A stretch of 63,879 bases of DNA, counting the filler, from Licmophora abbreviata (lineage: Eukaryota), in the NCBI GenBank assembly GCA_900291995.1. It is 8 parts of 8 records of this genome, joined end to end, with 100 filler letters (N's around TTAATTAATTAA, not from the genome) between each part and the next. Parts side by side here need not be neighbours in the genome. Positions count along the whole stretch, not along the records: positions 17,903 to 34,612 come from OLMU01003676.1; 7 more parts are not named here. One strand, 5' to 3'. The notes under the pieces were generated by a model. That model worked only from the letters and a program-made list of their open reading frames with translations, searched no databases and had not been told where the DNA came from. Positions 19,891-31,563 of this stretch are shown in pieces. Numbering within the stretch: position 1 is the first letter of the stretch; the number at the start of each line of letters is the position of its first letter. The position numbers and the translations under genes were made by a program.

Positions 19891-22887
19891 ATGCCCACAA
19901 CACGCACCCACAAGTCGCGTCGCAACAGCAGCAGTCTCGGGGGCGTTCTGGCGGCACTCGACGCCAATCCTCGACGCACTGCTGCCGGTCGCCGAGGCAC
20001 CACCTCCAGCAGTAGGGGCAAGAAGAGTCAAGAAGCCGGATTGAAACAGAAGCTTCCATCGACACCGCAAACGCCTACAGATCAAGCAGTACATAATGGC
20101 GATCACTTCTACAAGTCACCCGTCAGCAACGATGGGGGCGACGAAGCGTCTCCTCCACCGTCGCAGGAGGCTCTTCCCGCTACCGTCTTGGTTTCGACCA
20201 TTGCTGGATCTTCACCGCCAATGAGCCGCAGCCGTTTACTCAGTCCTAGTGAGGAACACTCCGTCATGAGTGACTTGTCCATGAGCTTGCTACCGGCCAC
20301 TCCAAATGACGAAAACGCGCTGCGACCTGCCAAGTCGCTGTTCTCTCGTCATCGTGATGCAGAGAGTGACAATGACGAGGACTCTTCGTCGTCCTGTGGG
20401 GCAGACAACGAAGAGAGCTTTAGTGATGACAGTAGTGACGAGGAAAGTTTGATCAGTGAGGAGGAAATTAGCGAAGAAGAGAGTGATGCAGAGGAAGAGA
20501 GCATCGGCGATGATAGTGAGATGAGTGACAGCGAGGCCGAAGAATACGTCGAGGTTGATGATGCCATGAACATTACCGAGGAGGACGAAGATGACGAGGA
20601 TGAAACTAGCGTCAAGATTGGTGCTTCAAAGCGAGGGCGTCGTATAGAGTCACTCGATGACGAATATGTTCCAGACGACAGCGGCACAGACACTGATGAC
20701 GACGACGATCTCGATTTTGATGAAGACGAGGAAGTGACAAAACCGCGAGCCAAAGCAAAGACAGTCGCTAGAAAGCCAAAACACCAAATACAATCTGACT
20801 CTGTGGGCTCCCAAGTGGACGTGGTGGCGGAACTTCTCGAGGATACGAATCTTGACAACGACGACGATGACGACTGCATCGTTGCAGAAATTGTGGAAGA
20901 CGAGGACGAGAAGGATACCCCAGAAGTCGAGGCTCTCAAGGAATATTCAACTGCGTGCGATCCAACAGATATTGGAGAGAACGCTGACAGCATCACAAGC
21001 GATGTACCTGACTCCTCAGTTGGTATGGACTCGGAGAACGAGGGCGCCTTCGATGAAGAGCCACAAGAGCAGCCTGAATCGTCGCCACATCATAGTTGTG
21101 AGCATCAAACAGCCCATCGAGATGACGGTGAGAAGGCTCTGATAGCTCGAGAAATATTAACTTCTCTAGGTGGTGACACAAGTACGGTATGGTCCGATCC
21201 GGCGGCATTGCTCGACTCTCCATTGGTCATCCAGGAGCAGGAAACTTCGACGCAAGAGACAGAAGAGAAGGTCAAAAATGAGGGCTTTGCCAAACAGCCA
21301 GCCTTAACCGAAGGCTACAATACCGTTATTGGCAAACACAGTCAGGATCTAGAGACCGAAGAGTCTTCGGATGCACAAATGACAGAACGTCGCGCCGCTT
21401 CTGTCGTTTCCGCCGGCAGCCCACCAGTGAACATTGCAGAGATTTCAGATGCCAGCAAGGCAAGGCCAGTTGCACAAACTTTCTCATCCACAAGAAACAC
21501 CCGTCCCAAGGCTCGGCGCATTAGGAGCGAAGGAAAGATCAAAAGAGGGACTTGGAGTGTCGGTGCCAAGATTGGAGTGGGCTCGTTTGGTATCGTCCGC
21601 GTCGGAATGAACAACAAGACTGGAGCACTTATGGCAGTGAAGAGCGTTGAACTATCACCCATCGTTCTGAAGGACATTCGCCGAGAAGTAGATTTACTCA
21701 AGACGCTGAGCCATGTGAACATTGTGAGGTATGATGGAGCGGAAATGGACGGAACTCATCTTCATATATTTCAAGAGTGGGTTCCCGGCGGCAGCGTGAC
21801 TTCGCTGTTACACAACTTTGGGGCCTTTTCCATGACGGTGGTTAGAAACTATCTCGCCCAGATTGTGAGAGGCTTGGCGTACCTCCACGAGAATAAGATT
21901 TTGCATCGTGATATTAAGGGCGGAAACGTGCTCGTCAGCGACGAAGGAATCGTCAAACTCGCGGACTTTGGATCGAGTCGAAAACTTGCTCATTTTCAGA
22001 ACGATATGATGGAAAAGCAAACAATGCGCGGGACACCGTATTTCATGGCCCCAGAAGTGTTTGAAGAGAAGTACGGGAGCAAGGCCGATGTGTGGAGCGT
22101 GGGATGTGTCGCGTTTCAAATGGGAACCGGGCATCCACCATGGAAGGGATTGAAATTGACCAACCCCATGTCACTCTTTCGTCACCTATGCAATACGGAG
22201 GGACTTCCGCCGCATGACTGGCCTACTCAGCGGCACGACACGGCGCACTTTCTACCGCTTCTCGAGAAGTGCTTTTGTCGAGATCCAACCAAAAGACCGC
22301 CAGCGGAAGACTTACTTCGAGATCCCTTCTTTACTGCGTACGTGGCATCCTCCGACGACGATCAGTCGAATGGCCGCGGACTGTTTTCACCCGGCGGCGA
22401 ATCTCAATCGACTTGGGGATCGAACCAGCCACAACCTCTTCCACAAATTTCAGAAGAGCCGTCCTTTTTATCTCCACCGCTCCCTCGAAAGATTAAGCCA
22501 GCTCGACAAGAAATGATCAGTCCCCTTCCGCCGTCCCCCAATATCGATCCGAGCGAGTGGCCTTCCTGGGCTCGGGAGCGACTCACGAACAAGGCATCCC
22601 CCGTCGGCCGAAGCACTCGAAGCGAGTCTTCTCCAAAGAGGGGAAATGACGTGAGTATGTCACTCATGGACAGCCTTGCCAGAAGCGAAGATAGCAGCGC
22701 CGCTGCAGGCAGTATGCGCAATCTCAGGAATCCGTTTCGCAAGCAGCAGCAACGATTGTCAGAAGGCAGCGCTCAACCAAGCTTCGGTTCCGTATCGACC
22801 TTGGATGGGCTTGAGTTTGTTTCGGGGGAGGTGACTGGGTATGCTGACAGTGGTAGTGTAGGGCATGAAGGTACATCATGTAGTTAA
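19891..22887 (+). CDS. STE11/MEKK/ANP-like MAP kinase kinase kinase with a long acidic N-terminal region
   Basis: IGVGSFGIV, MAVKSV, HIFQEWVPGGSV, HRDIKGGNVLV, DFG, GTPYFMAPE, ADVWSVGC and TGHPPW. Confidence 0.9.
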   Translation: MPTTRTHKSRRNSSSLGGVLAALDANPRRTAAGRRGTTSSSRGKKSQEAGLKQKLPSTPQTPTDQAVHNGDHFYKSPVSNDGGDEASPPPSQEALPATVLVSTIAGSSPPMSRSRLLSPSEEHSVMSDLSMSLLPATPNDENALRPAKSLFSRHRDAESDNDEDSSSSCGADNEESFSDDSSDEESLISEEEISEEESDAEEESIGDDSEMSDSEAEEYVEVDDAMNITEEDEDDEDETSVKIGASKRGRRIESLDDEYVPDDSGTDTDDDDDLDFDEDEEVTKPRAKAKTVARKPKHQIQSDSVGSQVDVVAELLEDTNLDNDDDDDCIVAEIVEDEDEKDTPEVEALKEYSTACDPTDIGENADSITSDVPDSSVGMDSENEGAFDEEPQEQPESSPHHSCEHQTAHRDDGEKALIAREILTSLGGDTSTVWSDPAALLDSPLVIQEQETSTQETEEKVKNEGFAKQPALTEGYNTVIGKHSQDLETEESSDAQMTERRAASVVSAGSPPVNIAEISDASKARPVAQTFSSTRNTRPKARRIRSEGKIKRGTWSVGAKIGVGSFGIVRVGMNNKTGALMAVKSVELSPIVLKDIRREVDLLKTLSHVNIVRYDGAEMDGTHLHIFQEWVPGGSVTSLLHNFGAFSMTVVRNYLAQIVRGLAYLHENKILHRDIKGGNVLVSDEGIVKLADFGSSRKLAHFQNDMMEKQTMRGTPYFMAPEVFEEKYGSKADVWSVGCVAFQMGTGHPPWKGLKLTNPMSLFRHLCNTEGLPPHDWPTQRHDTAHFLPLLEKCFCRDPTKRPPAEDLLRDPFFTAYVASSDDDQSNGRGLFSPGGESQSTWGSNQPQPLPQISEEPSFLSPPLPRKIKPARQEMISPLPPSPNIDPSEWPSWARERLTNKASPVGRSTRSESSPKRGNDVSMSLMDSLARSEDSSAAAGSMRNLRNPFRKQQQRLSEGSAQPSFGSVSTLDGLEFVSGEVTGYADSGSVGHEGTSCS

Positions 22888-23174
22888 GGGTAGGATGATG
22901 TGTTACGTTTTCATCATCATTGTAAGTTTGTCAACATGCTCAATGTGCGCGGGAAGATCCATTTTCAAATTTGGACTTGCCGCAGGTGCGAAAACTTTAG
23001 TCAGACCTCAGAGCGCGCGTGACTTCGAGCGTCTCACTTTGTACTTTTTCCCGCCCGAGCAACTTCGCAATCCGTTTCACGTGAACCATGATGTGATCCT
23101 GAAAGGCGCTACATTCCGCGTCTCTCTTACGCATGAAAGGTGCACCCCAGTAAACTGTACGTACTGCAACAAGC

Positions 23175-24557
23175 ATGAGGTGCTGCTGCAGTGTGACAAG
23201 CCAAGACGTACTAATGAAGAACGAAGACGCTTCTGAAGATGAGCAATCAATTTTTGGAATCAAGGAGCAGGCTTATGACGAAGCCGAAGTAGCGTTTACA
23301 GAAAAGCGCTTGTTATCCTTCTACCAGCATCAACTTGAAGAAAATGATGGTGCAGATAAAACTCAGATTCCTCGGCAACAGCAGCAGCACGATACTACTA
23401 CATCCCCTCTTCACAAACCCCATTCCTACCCTTGTAGCGATACACATCGAACACTCCCCTCCCCACCCTCTTCTTGGCCTCAACGTCCCATCATGTGGCG
23501 CCCTACACCGTACACATCTTCCAGAATCCGTGGTATACGATACGATAACGCTTCTGACTATCAGCACTTTGACGGCTTCTGTGCGGGGTGCATTCTTCCC
23601 ATCAATAGTGGAAGGGAGGCGCCAGGAAATTCAATGGTAGTGGATTTTGAATCCAATCACTTTGTCGGAACCATTTTATTGCGCGTGAGAAACGTATCCA
23701 GCAACAACAACATCAACAGCAACAACAACAGATCCACCACTGCATCTTCCTCTCGGAAAGATTACTTCCACGGCAAGAAACGAACCTTTCAATGCGTCGT
23801 GCGTGGCAAATTCAAGTCATCGTTGCGGGTCAGTGACTGTGTGACGGGGCAAACCTTCCAACGGCCCGCGGGGAAGTTGCCGCCTCGATGGATGGTAGCT
23901 TCCACTATCAAGCTCATGAGTGCCTTGGCACCGCAGTTGGAAATGTCGATCGATTCGCAACAGCCTCGCTTCTTAACTCCAATGGCGGCAACGGCACAAA
24001 CTGTCATTGTCAAGAAAGAGAGTCAGACTGAGGAATCGGAGTCCTCAACGAGGCATCAGTCGTCATTGCACTCGCGTCACTTGACCGTCGAGGAGCAGTC
24101 TAAACTGAACAATATCCGAGTATATCCAGGTGCCAGCGACATGGAGGCACCTCTGGAAGAACCACTCGCCTCTGATCCCACTTCCCTCCTGCAATCACTT
24201 ACACCATCACAACAACATCATGCAAGTCATAGCAACCACATGTCCATAACACGCCGCCAAAAGACACGCAAAAAGGTCTTCAACGCCGTCGCGGCAAAGC
24301 ACCAACGAGAACCATGCTTTGACACACAGTCCGAGTATACCTTTGAATTCTACCAGCACTTGCTGTTGTTCGAGGAGGAGAGACTCGCGCTTGACGTGGG
24401 CAAGTTGGACTTGGCACCTGTATTGAATGGACAACCAATTCAAATCATGGCAGCGCACAGGGATCCAGACACTGGTGCTCTCGACACGCTTTGGTCGTTT
24501 GACTTGTGGCATGAGTCGTTGTATGAGCTGGCGTGTGCAGCGGACGCCGAAGAATAG
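23175..24557 (+). CDS. DUF1769-family protein
   Basis: FESNHFVGTILLRVRN, YFHGKKRTFQCVVRGKF, GQTFQRPAGKLPP and EYTFEFYQHLL. Confidence 0.7.
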   Translation: MRCCCSVTSQDVLMKNEDASEDEQSIFGIKEQAYDEAEVAFTEKRLLSFYQHQLEENDGADKTQIPRQQQQHDTTTSPLHKPHSYPCSDTHRTLPSPPSSWPQRPIMWRPTPYTSSRIRGIRYDNASDYQHFDGFCAGCILPINSGREAPGNSMVVDFESNHFVGTILLRVRNVSSNNNINSNNNRSTTASSSRKDYFHGKKRTFQCVVRGKFKSSLRVSDCVTGQTFQRPAGKLPPRWMVASTIKLMSALAPQLEMSIDSQQPRFLTPMAATAQTVIVKKESQTEESESSTRHQSSLHSRHLTVEEQSKLNNIRVYPGASDMEAPLEEPLASDPTSLLQSLTPSQQHHASHSNHMSITRRQKTRKKVFNAVAAKHQREPCFDTQSEYTFEFYQHLLLFEEERLALDVGKLDLAPVLNGQPIQIMAAHRDPDTGALDTLWSFDLWHESLYELACAADAEE

Positions 24558-25833
24558 AGGGAAGTAACAAGCGACGAAGACAGTCAAGGAGATGGGCTAC
24601 AACACTTTTAACAGTAGTATACCGGTAATGTTTGAAGCAAAATCGAGAAAGAAGGCTTATATCTAAGTTTCGACTAGTAACTAGACACAGTGCGTCCTAG
24701 CTACGACTAGCTACGGCGAACCAAGTTGAAAGTGGAGCTTACAGCACATGGCTTGTCCTCTGTACTATACTACTACTTACCTGCAGGACCTTACTCTATC
24801 TCTTTTAGAGAGAGACTGCATGTACGACCCTACTTTTGGTACGATACTTCATCGCTGGAAAGATCCAGTGATCTAGTGAGCCTTCGAAATCTTCAAGTGC
24901 AAACAGCGCGCGTCATCCTAGCATCCTACCAGCGCCTACGTAAGGGGCCCTTGGTAGATTTTCTACGCAAAGCCGGATCATCGTAGGCACGTGTTGGGCA
25001 ATCACGTAGAAATCCTACGCAGCTCTACAGGGAGAGTCTTCTTCCGCCATTGATTGCGACTCACATCCCCGTCACGCTGTTTGACTGTCAAGATACCAAA
25101 CGTTTTTGAAGAGTGGTGAGTCAGTAGAGAGTGTGTATTGGGCGACAAGGGGAGGGCTATGTGTGGAAGAGGGGTGTAATGTGCAGGATAGAAAGGAAAC
25201 GTGGTTTTCGGAGCCTCCGGGGAGGCCACGGCGCACCTTGAGAAGGGAGCGTGCTGGGTATGCGAATTGGTCTCCAGATTTCTCGCCCAAGACCCTTCTC
25301 AGCCCGCTTTTTTTCGAGAGAGTCTTCCACTGTCTTGTTCACATCACGAGTGCGTGGAGGTGCATACATAGAGTCCATGGAACGAGAAAAAAAACCCTCA
25401 TGGTGCATAACTTCGAAAGCGTTCTCGCCAGTTTTCTGAGTATTTTTCGCGGTATCTTGGCCACGTGGCTGTATATGCAACATGCGATATTTCTCGTATG
25501 GTTGTTACGAGAGGTTCACCCGAGAGACTTGGATTACTTATCGGATTGCTACTTTTATTGGAACAGAGAACAATTGGGCTATATTGCCACCTTGGCGCGC
25601 CAGCTCCCCGGACTGCTTTTCGGCGCACCTCGGTCTGCTCCACCAAAAATCTCACTGGAATTGTGTCGAGAGTCACTTGTTGCTCTGTTTCTACTTCCAC
25701 TCATTTTTCAAGCAAACAAGAGTGGTCTCGAGCACTGGACTGTACTTTGGGTTCTCATACTTTGGCACCTTGCTTACTTAATCCCCACAGGACACACACA
25801 CACACACTCACACTGAGGAACCGAAAGACAACG

Positions 25834-26159
25834 ATGGCGATGAAATCGATTGCAGCCCTTCTGTTGGTTCTTTGCATGGTAGTATCCACTACCGTGGCCG
25901 CTGATAGGCAGCGGGAGATGCAGGATGAGGAAGTCCTAGGAGGAGGCTTCTACCTGCGTGGCCTGGAAGAAAATGAGATCGTCAAGGATGTGAGTGCACC
26001 GTGTGTTTTGGTGTCATTCTTCATGGAAAGTTTTGCTCCGGTCGCTCACCTCGCCTCTTCTCACCACACGAACGCATTCAGGTCCTCGGCGAAGACGAAG
26101 AGTTCTGGCATCGTTACTTGACGTCGTCTGTCTCTTATTCCTACTCCATGTCCCTGTAG
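25834..26159 (+). CDS. 77-aa secreted pre-pro-peptide with RxL processing motifs; intron 25990-26081
   Basis: Spliced translation MAMKSIAALLLVLCMVVSTTVAADRQREMQDEEVLGGGFYLRGLEENEIVKD|VLGEDEEFWHRYLTSSVSYSYSMSL*; the GTGAGT donor and TTCAG acceptor are in phase 0. Confidence 0.75.
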
Positions 26160-26340
26160 TTTGGCACTGACTGCACAGAACTTGAACCATATCATAGGTC
26201 TGATGGAGATGAGCAACCCATCTCCAGACAACCCTTCCATACGTCGTCCGGCGCTACACGTGGTGCGCCTAGTTTTTTCGCGTATGGAATACAAAAAGTA
26301 CTAAGTGTGTATAACGTGAATTTGAATCTGACTCGTACCA

Positions 26341-29267
26341 CTAGTCTTTCGGCGGCGGACTGTCGCCATAGAGGTACAGCAGTCCGCCCTTTTCGGAGAA
26401 CTTGAGTTCACTCGATTCCCCATCGACAGCTCCAGTCGTCTGCTTCATCGCTTGTACAATTTCGAGAAAAGTTACCAACCGCGATGCCCCATAGGATGGT
26501 CGAAAGGAGAACACTTCTTCCTCGTTTCTCATAATGGAAATTCTCGTCGGAAGCGGATTCAATATACTCGAGGAGCTGTCGCTGACAACAAACTCCAAAT
26601 CATCCGTGAGTTCCAACACAGTACAGGTATTCTGGCCCAATACGGGAAGTCGTTTGGTAGAAAAGAGAATGTGCGAGGCGGTTACATAACACGTGCCGGT
26701 TGCACTACCGACCAAGACGCTGCACTTGAAGAGAGGGATTTGCTGGGCTGGTGACAGAAGGCCAAACTCCGGATCGGCTTGCAGAGCTTTGGCATAAAAC
26801 TCTTCCGCGGCATGGGCAGCGAAGGGGCTTCTGTCGAATTTGAAAGTCGGATGCAAGGGTGAATATTTGAGTTTTCTTTCGTCACGAGCGTACACAAACA
26901 AAGCACGCCTTTTTTGCTTGCTTACTTGTCATACGAATCGCGAATCTTTCCGATCGAGTCGCGCTTATGCGCTTGCATCTTGGCCAACCGATCCATAACT
27001 TGAATATTCTTTCGTCCCAATCGACAGCTCATCTCATCGTCATCCTGCCGCTGAAAAGCAAACACTACCAACTCGACACACTCTTGTTCCAATTGAAACG
27101 ACGATAGACATTCAACAACATGTGCATCATCCGTTTGAACTAACACCTTGTTTGCCTCATTCGTCATGGCCGCCACCCGATTCAACGCTTCCATGACCTT
27201 CATCCCCCACGGGGGACACGTGACTTGTGGCGGCACAAAGTCCAACGGGTACGCCGTCAGTGGCAACGGTTGCGGCAATGCCGGGGGCGTCACATGGTAC
27301 ATGTCAAAGGTCGGTCGCATTGTTTGAATCAAACTCGCGCAGGCATATTCCGATTCCCGTGCGTACTGTTCTAGTTCCGCAGCACTCTTCAGCAGCGATC
27401 GAATCATGGTGTCACGACACACGCGACGGAGCTGTTGACAGAAATGCACATCCAGCGTAGGCAATGCTGGAAAGGCACCAAAGTTTGTCATCTGCAACGT
27501 GCTGTGGCACAAGTCGCGCGTATCCAGTTCATGCCAGCACTCATGAATCCATCGCGACGATGCTTGAATCAACGGAGCATCCTTGGTCGACAGTATAGGC
27601 AACGTTATCAAGGTTCCTCCCCCATCCAACACTGACGGACATGCTTTCGAATGGCTCAACAAGTGCTGCGACACCGACTCTTGAATCGACTCTCGGGATG
27701 ACTGTCCTCGCAACTTGCGCAGGGGCGGTATTTTGGGGGACTGCGCAAACCACGACGACGATGACGTTGTTTGTGTTTGCAACAACGACGCTTCCATTTG
27801 CTGCACCCATGCAGCCGCTTCGCGCAGTCGTTCCACACCATGCTGTTGTTCTTGCATCCACTCGGTGTTCAAACACGGCGTCGAAGCGGGTACTCCAATC
27901 GTCACATCCCCGTCACCAATATGATAGACCCGTAACAGTAGGGATCGTTGACACAAACTATCTGATGTCGCAGTATTGCCACGGTACGTGCACAACTGAC
28001 CATCGACCATGTAGGCAGGCAGGGTTGTTGTGGATTCCGCACCATCCTTCATCGTTGTTGTATTATTATTCTTTGCTACGACACAACATTCCCCTACAAT
28101 CCCTCGCAATCGGCCACCCTGCCGTTGTACCAATTCGGCTCCTAACGTCATGAGCGCATGAGCCATCGCATCCATGACGGCACCACACAAGACATCGGGA
28201 CGTATCCGAAAGACCACGGTGCGAACGGGAAGGGTAAGAGGTGATGAGGAGGAGGAAGCATGTGGTGAAGGTGCAGATGGGAATGATGATGCGGTCTCGG
28301 GAATGGACACATTCATTGCTTCCATCGTCGCGATTGGAACCGTGTCAGAACTCGCAGATTGTCGTGTTGTTGCCTGTTCTGGCGCAGCAGTCAACACACG
28401 CTCACCCTGCTGCTCATCATCATTGGACGGAGGCCTACCACTACTCCCGGTGCTACTTCTGCCATCATCCAACAAGCCCACGTACAGGCGCTGCAAGTCT
28501 TCCGTCTGCAAGGGCAATACATATTCCTTGACGTCGTCCAGCACGGTCCTACTAGTACTAGCCGCAGTATCATGGACATAGTACCAACCACCCTTGACTT
28601 CGGTCTGAAGACCAATAGTATGTGCATGATCGGCGAGGGTGTAAAAGGAGCGAGTGTCGTTGTTGCGACGGGACGATGAGGGTGTCGTAGGAGGTTGAGA
28701 TGATGTCAATGGTGCAGTAGTAGAAGTAGTAGTTGTGCCGGTAGCATCCGGAGTAGCCGTCACGTCGGTAGCAGTAGAAGCAGTAGTAAACAGTGTCGAT
28801 TGTATCTGTTGTTGTTGTTGTTGTATCTGTTGTTGTTGTTGTTGTTGTGGCATGTCTTTTTCTACTAGCCACAGTGCACTCTTGCTATCGGCCGCAGCAG
28901 TCACCATTCCCGGCGCTGTCGGCGACCCCAACAAAGCCATGCTGACGTTGTCTGCCATTTCCAATTCTTGTCGTAGCAACTGTTCCGATGCTGCCAGTCT
29001 CTTCCATTCCGAGTCCATTTCATCGTCGCTGTTCGTATGAGTACTACTCTCGTCGTCGTCGCCATCATTGTATTGGAGTCGTCGACGTGTGGCTACGTCT
29101 GGCACGGGACTGCTCAAGAGCGTATCGAGTTCTTGAATGTCGGGAGCTAGTTTGGCAGCAAGAGCACGAACGACTTGTTCTTCTTCGTCGTGATTCTCAT
29201 GCTGGTCTTCGTCTAGTTCTTCAGAAGTGCGACTTGGAGTCCCAGAGTGATTCAGAGAGGACGACAT
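26341..29267 (-). CDS. large hypothetical protein with a C-terminal PH/GRAM-like region; intron 26831-26925
   Basis: A 794-aa ORF is joined in frame via a GTAAGC..CAG intron to the 186-aa ORF (GTCYVTASHILFST is GRAM-like); polyQ tract. Confidence 0.7.
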
Positions 29268-29587
29268 TGCGTCTCTTCCGAGGAACGCGAAGCAAAGGAA
29301 GTGCACACACTGTTGCCTCTCTATAGTACTGTGAGACCATCACACGCATCAGGTATGATTTAGGTTTGATATGTATGTACCAGGTAAAATAGGAAATAGA
29401 GTTCGTAATTTTGTAATTTTTTGTTTTTCCAAACTCAAAAAAAGTCATAACGCACGATGCGTGGAGAGGAACATCGCGAGCACTGTCGACCGAGCCAAGT
29501 CTTCTCTTCTTGTTCAATATCATAGTATACTAGCAGACTGCGCCACTGTCGTTACTATTTCTCTCTCTCACTCCGTACTGTAGTGAA

Positions 29588-30888
29588 ATGTTTTCGTTAG
29601 TGTCGGGTCTCTACCAAAATTACTTTTCTCCCGTCCCGCTCCAAATTTTGGTAGTGGGCACCAAGGGGGTAGGCAAAACGACCCTGTTGGAGCGCATCAA
29701 GGTGACGGAATTTTCATCCAGGATTCAAACGCACGAGACACAGGATACGCGAGACTGTACTACTGCAGAGGAGGAGGAGGAGGATGGTGAAACGGCTGCA
29801 CGAAAGAAGACGAGAAGCAGCAAGAGTCCAGGACGTAGTGTCGCTGGTGCTTCGACCTACGAGGCCCCAACAATGACGACGACGACGAGCAAGAGACGAC
29901 TGGCGTGTCCCACTCCAGGCATCTTGTACGGTCAAAAGTATGAAAAGGAGACACAGCAAAAGGACGATGAAGACGAGTACAGCGATGATGTGGAGAATGA
30001 CGATACCGTTTCTGCTTCTACTTCCTCTGCTCCACTACAAGGAGTAGTACCTGTATTGGACGCACAAACGAGTAGCTTGGAAGATGTGCTGTTGAGGGAT
30101 GATGATGGCGAAGAGAATATATATGGCGAAGAGAATACAACGATGCAAGCACAACAAGAACAACATCACGACACTGCAGCTCCACCGCAAGAATTCGACC
30201 TTCAGCGTGGAGCCAAAATGTTGCCCCTCGACAAGATAAGACCCACCAGTAAGTCCCAGTACTGCACGAGTGCACTGGTCTTGTCGTCGTCGAGTCTGAC
30301 CATATAGACTCACACTGTGACGACTCGTCTCTCACACTCTCATGTAATCTTTTTTCTCAAACACTTTCTCGTCCCTATACAAACATAAATAATGATTCAG
30401 TCGGCACCAACTTGGCCAAGAATATTCGAATTGGACCATGCACGTGCAAACTCTTTGACGTCGGTGGAAGCATGCAAGACTTGTGGCCTCAATATTACAA
30501 TGATGCCGATGCGGTCGTGTACGTTGTGGGCATCCATCCTCATGGAGATGATTCCATTGTACAACAACAACAACGACAACAACAACAACAAGAAACACTG
30601 GAACAAGTACGACGCCATATTCCCGACGATGTGCCTTTTATGGTCTTTGTGCACATTATCACGACTGATGATTCATCATCCTTATTGGGTTCAAAACAAC
30701 GACATCGACATGATCCATCACGACCGACACTGGATGAATTGCTCCCGCACTATCACAACAATGTCATGCGATGCTTCGTTGGATCTGCAAAGACGGGAGA
30801 GGGTGTACGAGAAGCTTTTGAATGGCTTGTGGGAATGGCCAAGCGACAAGTGCAGCTGCGAAAGTACTCTGGTGCTGGAGAGCGATAA
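29588..30888 (+). CDS. divergent ARFRP1/Arl3-like small GTPase with a large low-complexity insert; intron 30249-30400
   Basis: MFSLVSGLYQNYF...ILVVGTKGVGKTTLLE; LDKIRPTIGTNLA (after splicing); FDVGGSMQDLWPQYYNDADAVVYVV; GSAKTGEGVREAFEWLV. Confidence 0.8.
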
Positions 30889-31133
30889 GCTCGCACATAC
30901 TGTGCGATGTGAATGGACGACTGCATGGTGGCTTCGAACCAGCCAGTGGTACTTGCAAGAAGAAAAGATTCTATGTTGTTGCGAGTGGATGAATCTACGG
31001 TTCGTCTTTTGCTTACGCAGTGTTGTAGGAACTCTTTTGTGGATATCTGGCAGTGTGCAATCGACGCAATGATCTGTTTCGGCATCTCTCGTAGGACAAG
31101 AACGTCGTTGCAAATGAAGTGTGAGCCCAGCAT

Positions 31134-31200
31134 CGAGTGAGTGAGTCGAGTGAGTCGAGTTGAGTCTAGAGTCGAGTTAGCTGTCAGTCGTGACTGCGAC
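31134..31200. repeat. AGTCG/GAGT-rich degenerate pentamer tract
   Basis: cgagtgagtgagtcgagtgagtcgagttgagtctagagtcgagttag. Confidence 0.6.
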
Positions 31201-31563
31201 ATCGGTTCCGACAATAGTTGATAAATGATGAAAGTATCAGTCGAAATTAATTAGGAAATTTGGAATGGAGCATTCAACTTCCTTCATCTCTGGGATGATC
31301 TGGTATGTATTCGAAACAATGCTGACAAAAATGGCAAGGATCCACTCGTCCATTTTCACTCCGCTGCTGCACGTACACATCTCATACAACTCCCAACCCA
31401 GTGTTTCACGCTGCGCTGCCCTTTCTGTGTTACTTTTGTCGAAGATCTAAGTCATTGAGCCTCATCTTGGAAAAGGAGAAGTCTGCTCATTGTCGAATCG
31501 AATTCATCCGAACTTTTTTTGTACCCCAAAACTGATACACTTTTGCATACAGTCTTCGTGTTC

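Noticed and set aside
25106..25816. 236-aa hydrophobic ORF upstream of the peptide precursor
   Set aside because: Non-ATG start, no recognisable domain, overlapping ORFs in several frames and an end in a (CA)n tract. It is probably non-coding, though a small gene cannot be excluded.
28804..28850. CAA/ACT/AGT trinucleotide runs (also 39411-39458, 57283-57300, 60367-60390)
   Set aside because: Ordinary microsatellites encoding polyQ, polyT or polyS, or lying in introns.
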